A stretch of DNA of 45,055 nt from Deltaproteobacteria bacterium (GCA_030262775.1 JAJSZP010000002.1:1-45055), one strand, 5' to 3'. Shown: positions 1 through 7,822, counted from the first letter of the stretch. A program made the numbers and translations. Notes: a model not told the origin generated them from the sequence alone.

Positions 1-218
1 TCTCCTCCGGTAATTTCCACAAGTGGACATCTAAATGAATCAACCTGTTTTATGATCGGTTCTATTTCCATTTCAGTCCCATTTTCATATGCATAAATGG
101 TGTCACAATAAGAACATCGCAAGTTGCATCCGGTCAGGCGCACAAAAACGCAGGGACGCCCGCTGTAAACAGATTCACCTTGAATGCTGTAAAATATTTC
201 ATTTACTACAAGAGACAT
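1..218 (-). CDS. queE: 7-carboxy-7-deazaguanine synthase (radical SAM), N-terminal part; the gene runs off the window edge
   Basis: My own minus-strand translation from the ATG (rc of 216-218) gives MSLVVNEIFYSIQGESVYSGRPCVFVRLTGCNLRCSYCDTIYAYENG... It has the QGES motif and the CxxxCxxC cluster typical of QueE. It is absent from the ORF track because it is truncated. Confidence 0.8.
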   Translation of the reverse strand, partial: MSLVVNEIFYSIQGESVYSGRPCVFVRLTGCNLRCSYCDTIYAYENGTEMEIEPIIKQVDSFRCPLVEITGG

Positions 219-437
219 ATTCTACCTTGCCTAAAAGGCTAAAAAGACATATTCATAGATTAATTGAGCCAAGCTCAACAGTTATATAGTACGTTTTTAA
301 CAACATACAACGGACTACATGCAACAAACAATTTAATCTTCGGTTTATATCAGTTGATTTTGCAATAGTAAACATACTATAATCAATTTAATGGTTGGCA
401 GCAAAACAACTGACCATGAAGGAAGTGTCAGGGGAAT

Positions 438-1649
438 ATGAAAACCATATGTTTATTGGAAAATACTATTCAGGAATATGCATGGGGATCTTACACAGCC
501 ATTCCTGAACTTTTAGATGAAAGTTCCCCTTCAGATGTTCCGCAGGCTGAGCTTTGGATGGGTGCACATCCTAAAGCGCCGTCAATGGTCAGATATAATG
601 GCAAGATGGTATCTTTACAAAAGATTATTAAAGATCATCCTAAGGACATTCTGGGGGAAACGGTTGCTGATAAATTTAACAACAAGCTTCCGTATTTGCT
701 AAAAATACTTGCTGCTGCCAGGCCCCTTTCAATACAAGCACACCCGAACCTTGCTCAAGCAAAGGAAGGATTTAATAGGGAAAGCGAACAGGGAATTTTC
801 ATAGATGCTCCAAACAGGAATTATAAAGATGCCAACCATAAACCGGAGTGTATTTGCGCTCTTACACCTTTCTGGGCATTGAATGGTTTCCGAAAAATTA
901 CCGGTATTCTTTTGTTTATGGAAAAAATCTGTTCTCAGAGTCTGGGGAGTATACTTGATGAACTCAGGAACCAACCTGATTCAAAAGGGCTGAAGAGTTT
1001 TTTTCAAGCCCTTTTGATGCTTGATCAAAAAAAGAAAAAACAGGTTATAGACGAGGCGGTAAATAACGCACAAAAGCTTGAAAAAAAAGACCCTGTGTTT
1101 GAATGGATAATAAAGCTTTCAAAAGAATATCCTGGAGATACAGGTGTGCTTTCACCTGCGTTTCTAAATCTTATCTGTCTTAAACCAGCCCAGGCCATGT
1201 TTTTATTTGCAGGAGAACTACATGCATATCTTGATGGTTTAGGCATAGAGTTGATGGCTAATTCGGATAACGTGTTAAGAGGCGGACTGACTCCCAAGCA
1301 TGTTGATGTTTCTGAAATACTGAAAGTTGTAAATTTTGAAGAAAGAGATATAAAAATTTTACAGTGTCAGGAAAACAACAGTAATGAATGTATATATTCG
1401 AGCAGAGCTGAAGAATTTATTTTGTCTGTAATTTCTGTGGATTCAACAAAAAACTATACAAGTCCGGCGGTAAGGAGTGCGGAAATATTGCTGTGTACGG
1501 ATGGTCAGGCAACCATCATAGATTTTAATAATAATGAAAAGATATCTTTAAAAAAAGGAAAATCCGTAATTGTGCCCGCATCGGTGAAGGTATATAGTAT
1601 TCAAGGGAAAGCTGTTTTTTACAAAGCATCTGTAAATAGCTTATATTAG
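438..1649 (+). CDS. manA: mannose-6-phosphate isomerase, class I
   Basis: 403-aa ORF. It carries type I PMI signatures: QEYAWGS, AELWMGAHP, LPYLLKILAAARPLSIQAHPN and ELMANSDNVLRGGLTPK. Confidence 0.9.
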   Translation: MKTICLLENTIQEYAWGSYTAIPELLDESSPSDVPQAELWMGAHPKAPSMVRYNGKMVSLQKIIKDHPKDILGETVADKFNNKLPYLLKILAAARPLSIQAHPNLAQAKEGFNRESEQGIFIDAPNRNYKDANHKPECICALTPFWALNGFRKITGILLFMEKICSQSLGSILDELRNQPDSKGLKSFFQALLMLDQKKKKQVIDEAVNNAQKLEKKDPVFEWIIKLSKEYPGDTGVLSPAFLNLICLKPAQAMFLFAGELHAYLDGLGIELMANSDNVLRGGLTPKHVDVSEILKVVNFEERDIKILQCQENNSNECIYSSRAEEFILSVISVDSTKNYTSPAVRSAEILLCTDGQATIIDFNNNEKISLKKGKSVIVPASVKVYSIQGKAVFYKASVNSLY

Positions 1650-1724
1650 CTCATAGCTCATAGTTAAATGATTGAATCCTTTTTGCTATCAGCTGTGAGC
1701 TATGAGCTAATATAAGCTATGAGC
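1648..1724. repeat. inverted heptamer arrays forming a hairpin just after the manA stop
   Basis: AGCTCAT AGCTCAT AG (1648-1663) matches the reverse complement of CTGTGAGCTATGAGCT (1693-1708) at 15/16 positions. The loop is 29 nt. A further GCTATGAGC lies at 1716-1724. Confidence 0.8.
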
Positions 1725-1744
1725 GCAAACAAAGAGAGCATTCA

Positions 1745-2779
1745 ATGAATTGGAAATATATACAAAAAGTTTTGATAATTATTCTTTTGATGGGAGCTGT
1801 TTTTCTCGCTGCCACAGGATATTTGGATAAGCCGATAGAAAAAATTGGAATGGGAAAAATTTCCAGTTCTAATGAAGAGTATTTAACAAATTCATTTGAT
1901 AAAGCCGTAACCGGATTTTTAGTTCTATCCGGCATAAAGAGCGGATTAGCTGTCATTGAAGGGTCGGAAGTAGGTATAGGGTTTAACCTTGAAATTGGTG
2001 ATATTGTTCAATCTGTTTATGATTACGTGGATATCGCATGGAAAACCGCTCTTGCCGGCGGTACAGTAATACTCCTGACACGTTTACTATTGCAATCCGT
2101 GGCTTTAATAGACCACTGGTGTCTTTCCATGATGTTTGCGGCTTTATTTGCTTTTTTAATTGTAAGCTGGTTTTTCCCAAAGTATGTCAAAACTTCAAGA
2201 TTGTTAAAGGAAGCGACTTTCTATCTTATAGTTTTTTCTTTTGCTTTGTATATAGTGCTTCCCTTTTCGATTACAGGCGCTGCTTTTTTATCTGAAAAAA
2301 TTACAAAACCGCTTATTCAGGAATCTCATCAAAGTTTTGAAAATATTAAAGAAGACTTTTCTTTGGAATCCATCACAGATAGCTTGTTCCCGGATGAACA
2401 GGAAAAAGATGGTTCCTGGTTTTCCGAGTTGAACATGAAGGCAAAATATGAAAAAACAAAATACCGCCTAGAAGAACTTGCTCAATACTTTAAGGAAAAA
2501 TCAAAAAACATAGCAATCTGGACGATTCAACTTATTGCCGGATACTTATTTGATGCCATAATATTTCCTGTTACATTCTTTATTATACTTTTTGTAATTA
2601 CAAAGAGCATTTTGGTGTATCTTTTTGAAAACAGGAGATATCAATCTTTTAAAGAAGATATAGAATCAATGGTGAAAAAATATTATGGTTCTTCAGAAAA
2701 AACTGTGAGGAAGCCATATCGGCAGTTACCCATAAGACATACACAAAAAACGATTGCCGGAAATAAAAAGATGCTTTAG
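1745..2779 (+). CDS. hypothetical multi-pass membrane protein with a charged, coiled-coil-like central segment
   Basis: 344-aa ORF with several long hydrophobic stretches and a K/E-rich middle and tail. I recognise no family. Confidence 0.55.
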   Translation: MNWKYIQKVLIIILLMGAVFLAATGYLDKPIEKIGMGKISSSNEEYLTNSFDKAVTGFLVLSGIKSGLAVIEGSEVGIGFNLEIGDIVQSVYDYVDIAWKTALAGGTVILLTRLLLQSVALIDHWCLSMMFAALFAFLIVSWFFPKYVKTSRLLKEATFYLIVFSFALYIVLPFSITGAAFLSEKITKPLIQESHQSFENIKEDFSLESITDSLFPDEQEKDGSWFSELNMKAKYEKTKYRLEELAQYFKEKSKNIAIWTIQLIAGYLFDAIIFPVTFFIILFVITKSILVYLFENRRYQSFKEDIESMVKKYYGSSEKTVRKPYRQLPIRHTQKTIAGNKKML

Positions 2780-2926
2780 CAAAAAGCTCAGAATTCATAA
2801 TGCGCAAAAAATGAGGAGAGCGGGCGTACTACTTCATTTTACGTCGCATAGCCGAAGGATACAGCGTAGCACAGCCCCACCGTGGATAGATATATAACGT
2901 TTGTCAAACTTAATGAATTGGTAAAA

Positions 2927-2976
2927 ATTTTTTGAATAAGCGTTGGATGGCTAAGTAAAAAGGCTTATATACAAGC
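2927..2976 (-). repeat. partial copy of dispersed repeat family B (distal module only)
   Basis: TTTTTGAATAAGCGTTGGATGGCTAAGTAAAAAGGCTTATATAC matches the reverse complement of 23205-23256 (GAATAAGCGCCGGATGGCTAAGTAAAAAGGCTCATATAC). It also matches 44981-45003. Confidence 0.65.
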
Positions 2977-3192
2977 TTAATAGTTTGTAATATCACTGAC
3001 AAATCCCTCAAAATCATTTTTCAGCAAAAAACGGGAAATAATCTCGCTGACTTTACCGGCAGTGTCAACCCGATAATGCCCCTTTTCGTTACGCCCTGCG
3101 ATTTTTTTAGCGTTTTCTACGATAGTTTGAAGTGATGCTGTTGTAATCTTAACATTAACATGTATTTCAATTAGATCTTTTTCATTTGTCAT
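2977..3192 (-). CDS. small hypothetical protein (71 aa)
   Basis: Clean ORF with an AAGGA Shine-Dalgarno about 13 nt upstream of the ATG. No family recognised. Confidence 0.45.
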   Translation of the reverse strand: MTNEKDLIEIHVNVKITTASLQTIVENAKKIAGRNEKGHYRVDTAGKVSEIISRFLLKNDFEGFVSDITNY

Positions 3193-3381
3193 GATCGTAA
3201 CAATCCTTAATATTGTGTTGAATTTAAATATGAAAGCTCTTAAAAACTATTATCAGGAGCATAAAATAAGGTCAAGTATCGAAAATTCACATTATTAAAA
3301 CATGTTTAAGTGGTTAGTAAAAAGAATGGCTTTTTGCGAAACCCTCACATTTAAAACAACTAAAAAGAAGGAGAAAAAAGA

Positions 3382-3663
3382 ATGAAAAAAATGAAAGTAT
3401 TATTGGTGCTGTCTATCGTTGCTGCTTTTATCATGGTTTTGAGCGGACCGGCATTTACAGAGGAAGCGAATAAAATTAATATAAACAAGGCATCGTTAGA
3501 GGAACTTATTCAACTTAAACGAATCGGTCCGAAATATGCAGAGAGAATTATTGAGTATCGGGAAAAGAACGGTCCATTTAAAAAGCCAGAGGATATTGTA
3601 AAAGTAAAGGGAATTGGACCGAAGACATTTGAATTGAATAAGGATTTGATTACAGTTAAATAA
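3382..3663 (+). CDS. ComEA-like helix-hairpin-helix DNA-binding protein with signal peptide
   Basis: Strong RBS (AAGGAGAAAAAAGAATG). N-terminal signal/TM segment, then INKASLEELIQLKRIGPKYAERIIEYREKNGPFKKPEDIVKVKGIGPKTFE, which is the ComEA HhH pattern. Confidence 0.85.
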   Translation: MKKMKVLLVLSIVAAFIMVLSGPAFTEEANKININKASLEELIQLKRIGPKYAERIIEYREKNGPFKKPEDIVKVKGIGPKTFELNKDLITVK

Positions 3664-3687
3664 TCCGGAAGAAGAAAATATATTTAT

Positions 3688-3719
3688 CACGAAAGCACAA
3701 AAGGACGAAAACACGAAAA
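3688..3719 (+). repeat. phased octamer array (CACGAAAG CACAAAAG GACGAAAA CACGAAAA)
   Basis: Four in-phase 8-nt units, read directly. The same CACGAAA word family recurs at 5981-6010 (rc), 26593-26608 and 31335-31366. Confidence 0.8.
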
Positions 3720-3952
3720 TTTCATTGCGGATTTTGTAAAGAAATATTTTTTAAAGGTTCTGGTCAAAAGGTGAATACAGATCATAACTATCAGATTAAA
3801 TAATTCAATTTTTACTTGACATGGAATCTGAAATATGTTCAATTACTGAACGTTTAAAAAATGAATATCTTAAAATTTACTTTAATTATGATAGGCAACA
3901 GTTTCTCTAACTGCACTATGTAACCCACCAGGCGGAGCTATTTTTACAGTAC

Positions 3953-4113
3953 GAGACCTTTGCAAAATACTGAGACCTTTGAAAAATGGTAATTTTTGTT
4001 CGAGTTCAAAGAAGGCGAAAATTTCAACCACAGGAATATATAGAATATTTCGAGGATTGAAATTTGAGTCTGACGCAGAAATCGGGCATAAAGTGCCGTT
4101 TCGCAAAGGTCTC
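3953..4113 (-). mobile_element. MITE-like repeat family A, copy 1 (about 142 bp plus a duplicated 15-nt terminus)
   Basis: Read on the minus strand the termini are GAGACCTTTGCGAAACG ... CATTTTTCAAAGGTCTC, which are terminal inverted repeats. The interior aligns along its length with 26438-571 and partly with 5799-5903. An extra GAGACCTTTGCAAAA lies at 3953-3967. Confidence 0.7.
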
Positions 4114-4240
4114 ATACTAATTATCCAAAGGTTTCATTATAGATGGCTTTGTAAAAAGTATCACATCTCAACATGTATCCAATTTTCTAATAAAGCATTC
4201 CCAATAAATGGGGTTTTTCCCTTCGCTCCAATAAACAATC

Positions 4241-4275
4241 AGTATCCAGCAACAAGCAACCAGAAACGAGACCTT
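4241..4275 (+). repeat. phased heptamer array AGTATCC AGCAACA AGCAACC AGAAACG AGACCTT
   Basis: Read directly. It belongs to the same heptamer word family as 34336-34390 and 42719-42767. It sits 18 nt upstream of the regulator start codon and is followed by the palindrome GAGACCTTGGTCTC. Confidence 0.8.
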
Positions 4276-4292
4276 GGTCTCGAAACCATTCT

Positions 4293-4874
4293 ATGGACAA
4301 TCAAGACTTACGCACCCTCCAAATTCTTGAAGAGATAGAGAAAGATAAAACTCCAAGTCAGCGATACCTTGCCGGTAAACTGAATATTTCTCTTGGTCTG
4401 GTTAATTCTTTTATAAAAAGACTTGCCCAAAAAGGATTATTCAAGATTAAAAATATTCCTAAAAACAGGGTCAAATATATACTTACTCCCAAAGGCGCTG
4501 CTGAAAAAACACGTCTGACTTATAAATATATCCAGTATTCATTTCAGTTCTATAAATCAGCACGTGAGAAATTACGAATCTTATTTTACGGTTTAACAAA
4601 AAACGGTAATAAGAAAATTGTCTTTTACGGTGCCGGCGATCTTGCCGAAATAGCATATATATCTTTGATAGAAGTACCTATCGAGTTAGTCGCAGTTATT
4701 GATGATTATAAAGCAGGTGAGATATTTATGGATTTCGTGATTACAGGCTCAGATTACCTAAGTACAATTTATTTCGATAAAATCATTATAACCGGCATTG
4801 ATGACACTGAAAATATTTTAAATAGTATATTAAAAAAAGGAATTTCACGAAGCAAAGTGGCAATGCTGCAGTAA
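4293..4874 (+). CDS. winged-helix (MarR-like, EPS-associated type) transcriptional regulator with a C-terminal Rossmann-like domain
   Basis: The N-terminus TPSQRYLAGKLNISLGLVNSFIKRLAQKGL looks like a wHTH. The C-terminal half KIVFYGAGDLAEIAY...LVAVIDD has a GxGxxA motif and resembles the Rex-type nucleotide-binding layout. Confidence 0.65.
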   Translation: MDNQDLRTLQILEEIEKDKTPSQRYLAGKLNISLGLVNSFIKRLAQKGLFKIKNIPKNRVKYILTPKGAAEKTRLTYKYIQYSFQFYKSAREKLRILFYGLTKNGNKKIVFYGAGDLAEIAYISLIEVPIELVAVIDDYKAGEIFMDFVITGSDYLSTIYFDKIIITGIDDTENILNSILKKGISRSKVAMLQ

Positions 4875-4953
4875 TGATAATTATCAGAGCCATTTTGCAA
4901 AGGTCTATGGAGGTTTTGGAACTGCCTCTAATAGCATAGTTAAGGTATGAGTA

Positions 4954-5130
4954 ATGGAAAGGAATCTTGAAATTAGTAAAATAATAAAAGATATGCCCCA
5001 CGAATCACTTCAGGAGATAAAGTGGATCTTCGCTATTAATGAGGATAGGTTGTTCGAAGACATAAACAATTTGCACAACGACATCTTTTTTGGAAATATG
5101 AATTTACTATACACCAAACAAGCCAAATGA
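4954..5130 (+). CDS. possible small ORF (58 aa), hypothetical
   Basis: My own translation is MERNLEISKIIKDMPHESLQEIKWIFAINEDRLFEDINNLHNDIFFGNMNLLYTKQAK. It falls below the ORF-track cutoff, has a weak AAGG RBS, and matches no family I recognise. Confidence 0.2.
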   Translation: MERNLEISKIIKDMPHESLQEIKWIFAINEDRLFEDINNLHNDIFFGNMNLLYTKQAK

Positions 5131-5224
5131 ACATTTACTGAATATCCGTATTAATCAGTGGTTTGAATTATTGATGGAGTTCCGTAAAGGTCTTATTTGA
5201 AAAACACCTTGAGGAGGTGATAAT

Positions 5225-5488
5225 ATGCTTATTGAATACATCAATAAAGCAATGAGTGAAGCAACTTACGATAAGCTGGGAGAAAGTAGTTTTGCCGGTA
5301 AAATTCCACAATGCCCTGGTGTTGTAGCCTTTGGAGAAACGTTGTATAAATGCCAGCAAGAATTGAGATCCTCACTTGAAGGGTGGTTGATCATAAAAAT
5401 CAGGCATGGTGATACTTTGCCGGTAATAGGCAGGATAAATTTAAATAAAAGAATGCCGGCTCCAAAAGAGGCAGTCGCTCATGGGTAA
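5225..5488 (+). CDS. hicB: type II antitoxin, HicB family
   Basis: Strong RBS (GAGGAGGTGATAATATG). YDKLGESSFAGKIPQCPGVVAFGETLYKCQQELRSSLEGWLIIKIRHGDTLPVI matches the HicB/UPF0150 N-domain pattern. It overlaps the next ORF by 8 nt. Confidence 0.75.
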   Translation: MLIEYINKAMSEATYDKLGESSFAGKIPQCPGVVAFGETLYKCQQELRSSLEGWLIIKIRHGDTLPVIGRINLNKRMPAPKEAVAHG

Positions 5489-5711
5489 ATGGAATCCATG
5501 TAAACGGAGAGATTTCATAAAGAAGCTAAAGAAACTTGGCTTTGAACCACCTGAACCAGGAGGACGTCATTTCTATATGCGTTATGGTACCTATACACTC
5601 ACATTGCCTGGTAACAAAGAATATTCTGTTCCACAAATTAAAATGCTTCTCAATGAGATTGAATATGGAATAAGCAGGAAAATCTCCATTGAAGAGTGGA
5701 GCAATCTTTAA
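5481..5711 (+). CDS. hicA: type II toxin, HicA (YcfA) family mRNA interferase
   Basis: KRRDFIKKLKKLGFEPPEPGGRHFYMRY...TLPGNKEYSVPQIKMLLNEIE shows the HicA dsRBD-like pattern with the G-x-H motif. It is coupled to hicB. Confidence 0.75.
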   Translation: MGKWNPCKRRDFIKKLKKLGFEPPEPGGRHFYMRYGTYTLTLPGNKEYSVPQIKMLLNEIEYGISRKISIEEWSNL

Positions 5712-5798
5712 AGAAAATATTTCCGACTTATACTTCAATCATTAAAATGCATGATAATCTATAATTTTTACGAAGTGTATGAAATATCTCCTTTCTGT

Positions 5799-5903
5799 GA
5801 GACCTTTGCAAAACGTCCCTTTTTGCCCAATCTCTGCGTCAGGCTCAAAGTCCGGGATCTTCGACTTGACCTTGAACAAAAATGAACATTTTTCAAAGAT
5901 CTC
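5799..5903 (+). mobile_element. MITE-like repeat family A, copy 2 (internally shortened)
   Basis: GAGACCTTTGCAAAACGTCCC...CTGCGTCAGGCTCAAA...GAACAAAAATGAACATTTTTCAAAGATCTC. A related interior fragment, CCTGTGGTGAAAAAT, lies at 5949-5963. Confidence 0.65.
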
Positions 5904-5980
5904 TCTGTTTTTTCAAAAGAAAACTAGTTTCCCCTCTGCGCTCCCGAGCCTGTGGTGAAAAATACAGCTTTAAAGGTTCC

Positions 5981-6010
5981 ATTCGTGAATATTCGTGTTA
6001 ATTCGTGGTT
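5981..6010 (+). repeat. three phased decamers ATTCGTGAAT ATTCGTGTTA ATTCGTGGTT
   Basis: Read directly. This is the reverse complement of the CACGAAT/CACGAAA word family. Confidence 0.8.
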
Positions 6011-6043
6011 TCAAAGTGTTTCAAGATAAAGGCAGAAGTGTGA

Positions 6044-6607
6044 ATGAACCGATTAATTAAGGCATTATCGACGATCACAAGCTGGATGGAGCGGATGAAT
6101 ATTTCCTATATGGTTTTTGGCGGAATAGCCAACAGCGTATATGGAAATCCCAGGCAAACGTTTGATGTGGATATTAAATTTTCATTGGAATCGAAATACA
6201 AAATGGAACAGTTTGTTGAGGACTTAAAATCAATAGCGATACTGCTTTCGGATGAACCAATACAGTTTATAAAGGAAACAAATGTTATTCCGATTGAAAT
6301 AGATGATGTGCGTGTGGATCTGGTAGTTGCGGATCTGCCGTTTGAAATAGATGCCATTTAAAGAAATAGATATGTTGCCTTTTCAAATACAAAGATAAAA
6401 GTCTGTTTACCGGAGGATTTGATCATACAAAAAGCGGTTTCCACAAGGGAAAAGGACTGGCTGGACATCAGGAATGTTATAGAAAACCAGCGCGACAAAA
6501 TGGACTGGAATTATCTGCTAAAACATTGCAAAGACCTTTCTGATTTTTTAAATAACAATCAGATTTATGATAGAATTAAAAAGTGGAAAAATGAAGAATC
6601 CCTATGA
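6044..6607 (+). pseudogene. nucleotidyltransferase-fold protein gene interrupted by one in-frame TAA (6359-6361)
   Basis: ORFs 6044..6361 and 6419..6607 are in the same frame. Reading through the TAA gives continuous sense: ...FEIDAI*RNRYVAFSNTKIKVCLPEDLIIQKAVSTREKDWLDI... The N-terminus has the NTase motif FGGIANSVYGNPRQTFDVDI (G[GS]-x9-13-D-x-D). Confidence 0.6.
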
Positions 6608-6827
6608 AATGATGCATGATAAGATGTCTAAATTTAATGAATGGGAGAGAAATTACATGAAAAATCTTCCTGTTCAAAAACGTCTGGAACAATTCTTAAT
6701 CCTTTACGATCTTAGTCTGGATTCTTCAACGGGAACCGTTGAAAGAGTGCGCAAGGAACATCTGCAAAGCTTGATAGAAACGAAAAAGATATTAAGAAAG
6801 GCGGAAAAAAAAAGAGTAATAAAATGA
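6591..6827 (+). CDS. small helical hypothetical protein overlapping the 3' end of the NTase gene
   Basis: The ATG at 6591 (MKNPYEMMHDK...) overlaps the upstream stop by 17 nt. The protein contains an R-x4-H string (RVRKEH). No family recognised. Confidence 0.35.
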   Translation: MKNPYEMMHDKMSKFNEWERNYMKNLPVQKRLEQFLILYDLSLDSSTGTVERVRKEHLQSLIETKKILRKAEKKRVIK

Positions 6828-6885
6828 TGGCAGTGAAAATCTTTTATGTAAATTTGTGTATGTTCCGAAGACGCCATATTCAAAT

Positions 6886-7011
6886 AGAGTGCCCCTCGGT
6901 CGTAAAGCAAAACCGGAAGAGATCAGCTCAAGTATCATTTATCTTGCATCAGATGCTTCAAGTTATGTTACCGTGCATAATATTATAGATGGAGGGTGGA
7001 CAATTTGGTGA
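6886..7011 (+). pseudogene. 3' remnant of a short-chain dehydrogenase/reductase gene
   Basis: My own translation is RVPLGRKAKPEEISSSIIYLASDASSYVTVHNIIDGGWTIW*. This is the canonical SDR C-terminus (PLGR..PEEIA..FLASD.SSY.TG....DGGW). There is no start codon or N-terminal Rossmann part, and an upstream in-frame stop lies at 6820-6822. Confidence 0.6.
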
Positions 7012-7042
7012 TAAATAAATCAGATTAATTGGGAGTAATATA

Positions 7043-7822
7043 ATGCAAACAATAATACTTTGCGGCGGGTTAGGGACTCGTCTTCGGGAAGAAACCGAAT
7101 TTCGTCCTAAACCAATGGTGGAAATAGGCGGTAAGCCTATTCTATGGCATATAATGAAAATATATTCTCATTACGGGATTAAGGACTTTGTTCTTTCCCT
7201 GGGCTACAAAGGTGAAATGATAAAGGAATATTTTTATAATTATGAAATCCTAAGTAATGATTTTACAATAGAGCTCGGAAATAAAAAAAATATTGAAATA
7301 CATAGTAATAATGCCGAAAAAGACTGGCGTATTACTTTGGCTGACACTGGAGATAAAGCGCTTAAAGGCGCCAGGCTGAAGCGTGTACAGCAGTATATCG
7401 ATGATGACACTTTTATGTTGACTTACGGCGATGGGTTTGCTGATGTGGATATTAATGCCCTATTAGCCTTTCATAATAAACACGGAAAGCTTGCAACAGT
7501 AACCGGTATCAACCCTGCTTCCCGCTTTGGCGAGCTGAAAATTAAAGGCAATCAGGTTGAATCTTTCAGTGAGAAGCCAAGGGATGGTGACGGCCTTATT
7601 AATGGCGGATTCTTCATCTTCAACAAGGGTATTTTTGATTATCTTTCAATAGATGAAAATTGTGATCTGGAAATAGGCCCCCTTGAAAAGATTGCAGGCG
7701 AAGGACAGCTAATGGTTTATAAACACAGAGGTTTTTGGGCCTGTATGGACACAATTCGGGATATGGAGTATTTGAATAAATTGTGGGTTGAAGGCAAGGC
7801 TGAATGGAAGGTGTGGGAATAG
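7043..7822 (+). CDS. rfbF: glucose-1-phosphate cytidylyltransferase
   Basis: MQTIILCGGLGTRLREETEFRPKPMVEIGGKPILWHIMKIYSHYGIKDFVLSLGYKG is a near-canonical RfbF/DdhA N-terminus. The length (259 aa) fits. Confidence 0.9.
   Translation: MQTIILCGGLGTRLREETEFRPKPMVEIGGKPILWHIMKIYSHYGIKDFVLSLGYKGEMIKEYFYNYEILSNDFTIELGNKKNIEIHSNNAEKDWRITLADTGDKALKGARLKRVQQYIDDDTFMLTYGDGFADVDINALLAFHNKHGKLATVTGINPASRFGELKIKGNQVESFSEKPRDGDGLINGGFFIFNKGIFDYLSIDENCDLEIGPLEKIAGEGQLMVYKHRGFWACMDTIRDMEYLNKLWVEGKAEWKVWE

Noticed and set aside
219-437. preQ1 riboswitch upstream of queE (minus strand) or another leader in the queE-manA divergent region
   Set aside because: Only two short hairpins were found (GAGCTTGGCTC, GCCTTTTAGGC). 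The preQ1-I/II consensus elements were not recognisable by eye. An Infernal scan would be needed.
3816-3844. Sigma70 promoter at TTGACA 3816-3821
   Set aside because: No acceptable -10 hexamer lies at 16-18 nt spacing, and no downstream gene is in a sensible position.
3882-4338. ORFs 3882..4115 (-) and 3979..4338 (+) from the track
   Set aside because: Both lie on the MITE-like repeat copy 1 and the adjacent heptamer array. They have no RBS and no recognisable protein features, and the same DNA recurs non-coding at 26438-26571.
6900-7042. JUMPStart/ops (GGCGGTAG) element ahead of the polysaccharide cluster
   Set aside because: The motif was not found upstream of rfbF or in the 23086-23274 gap.
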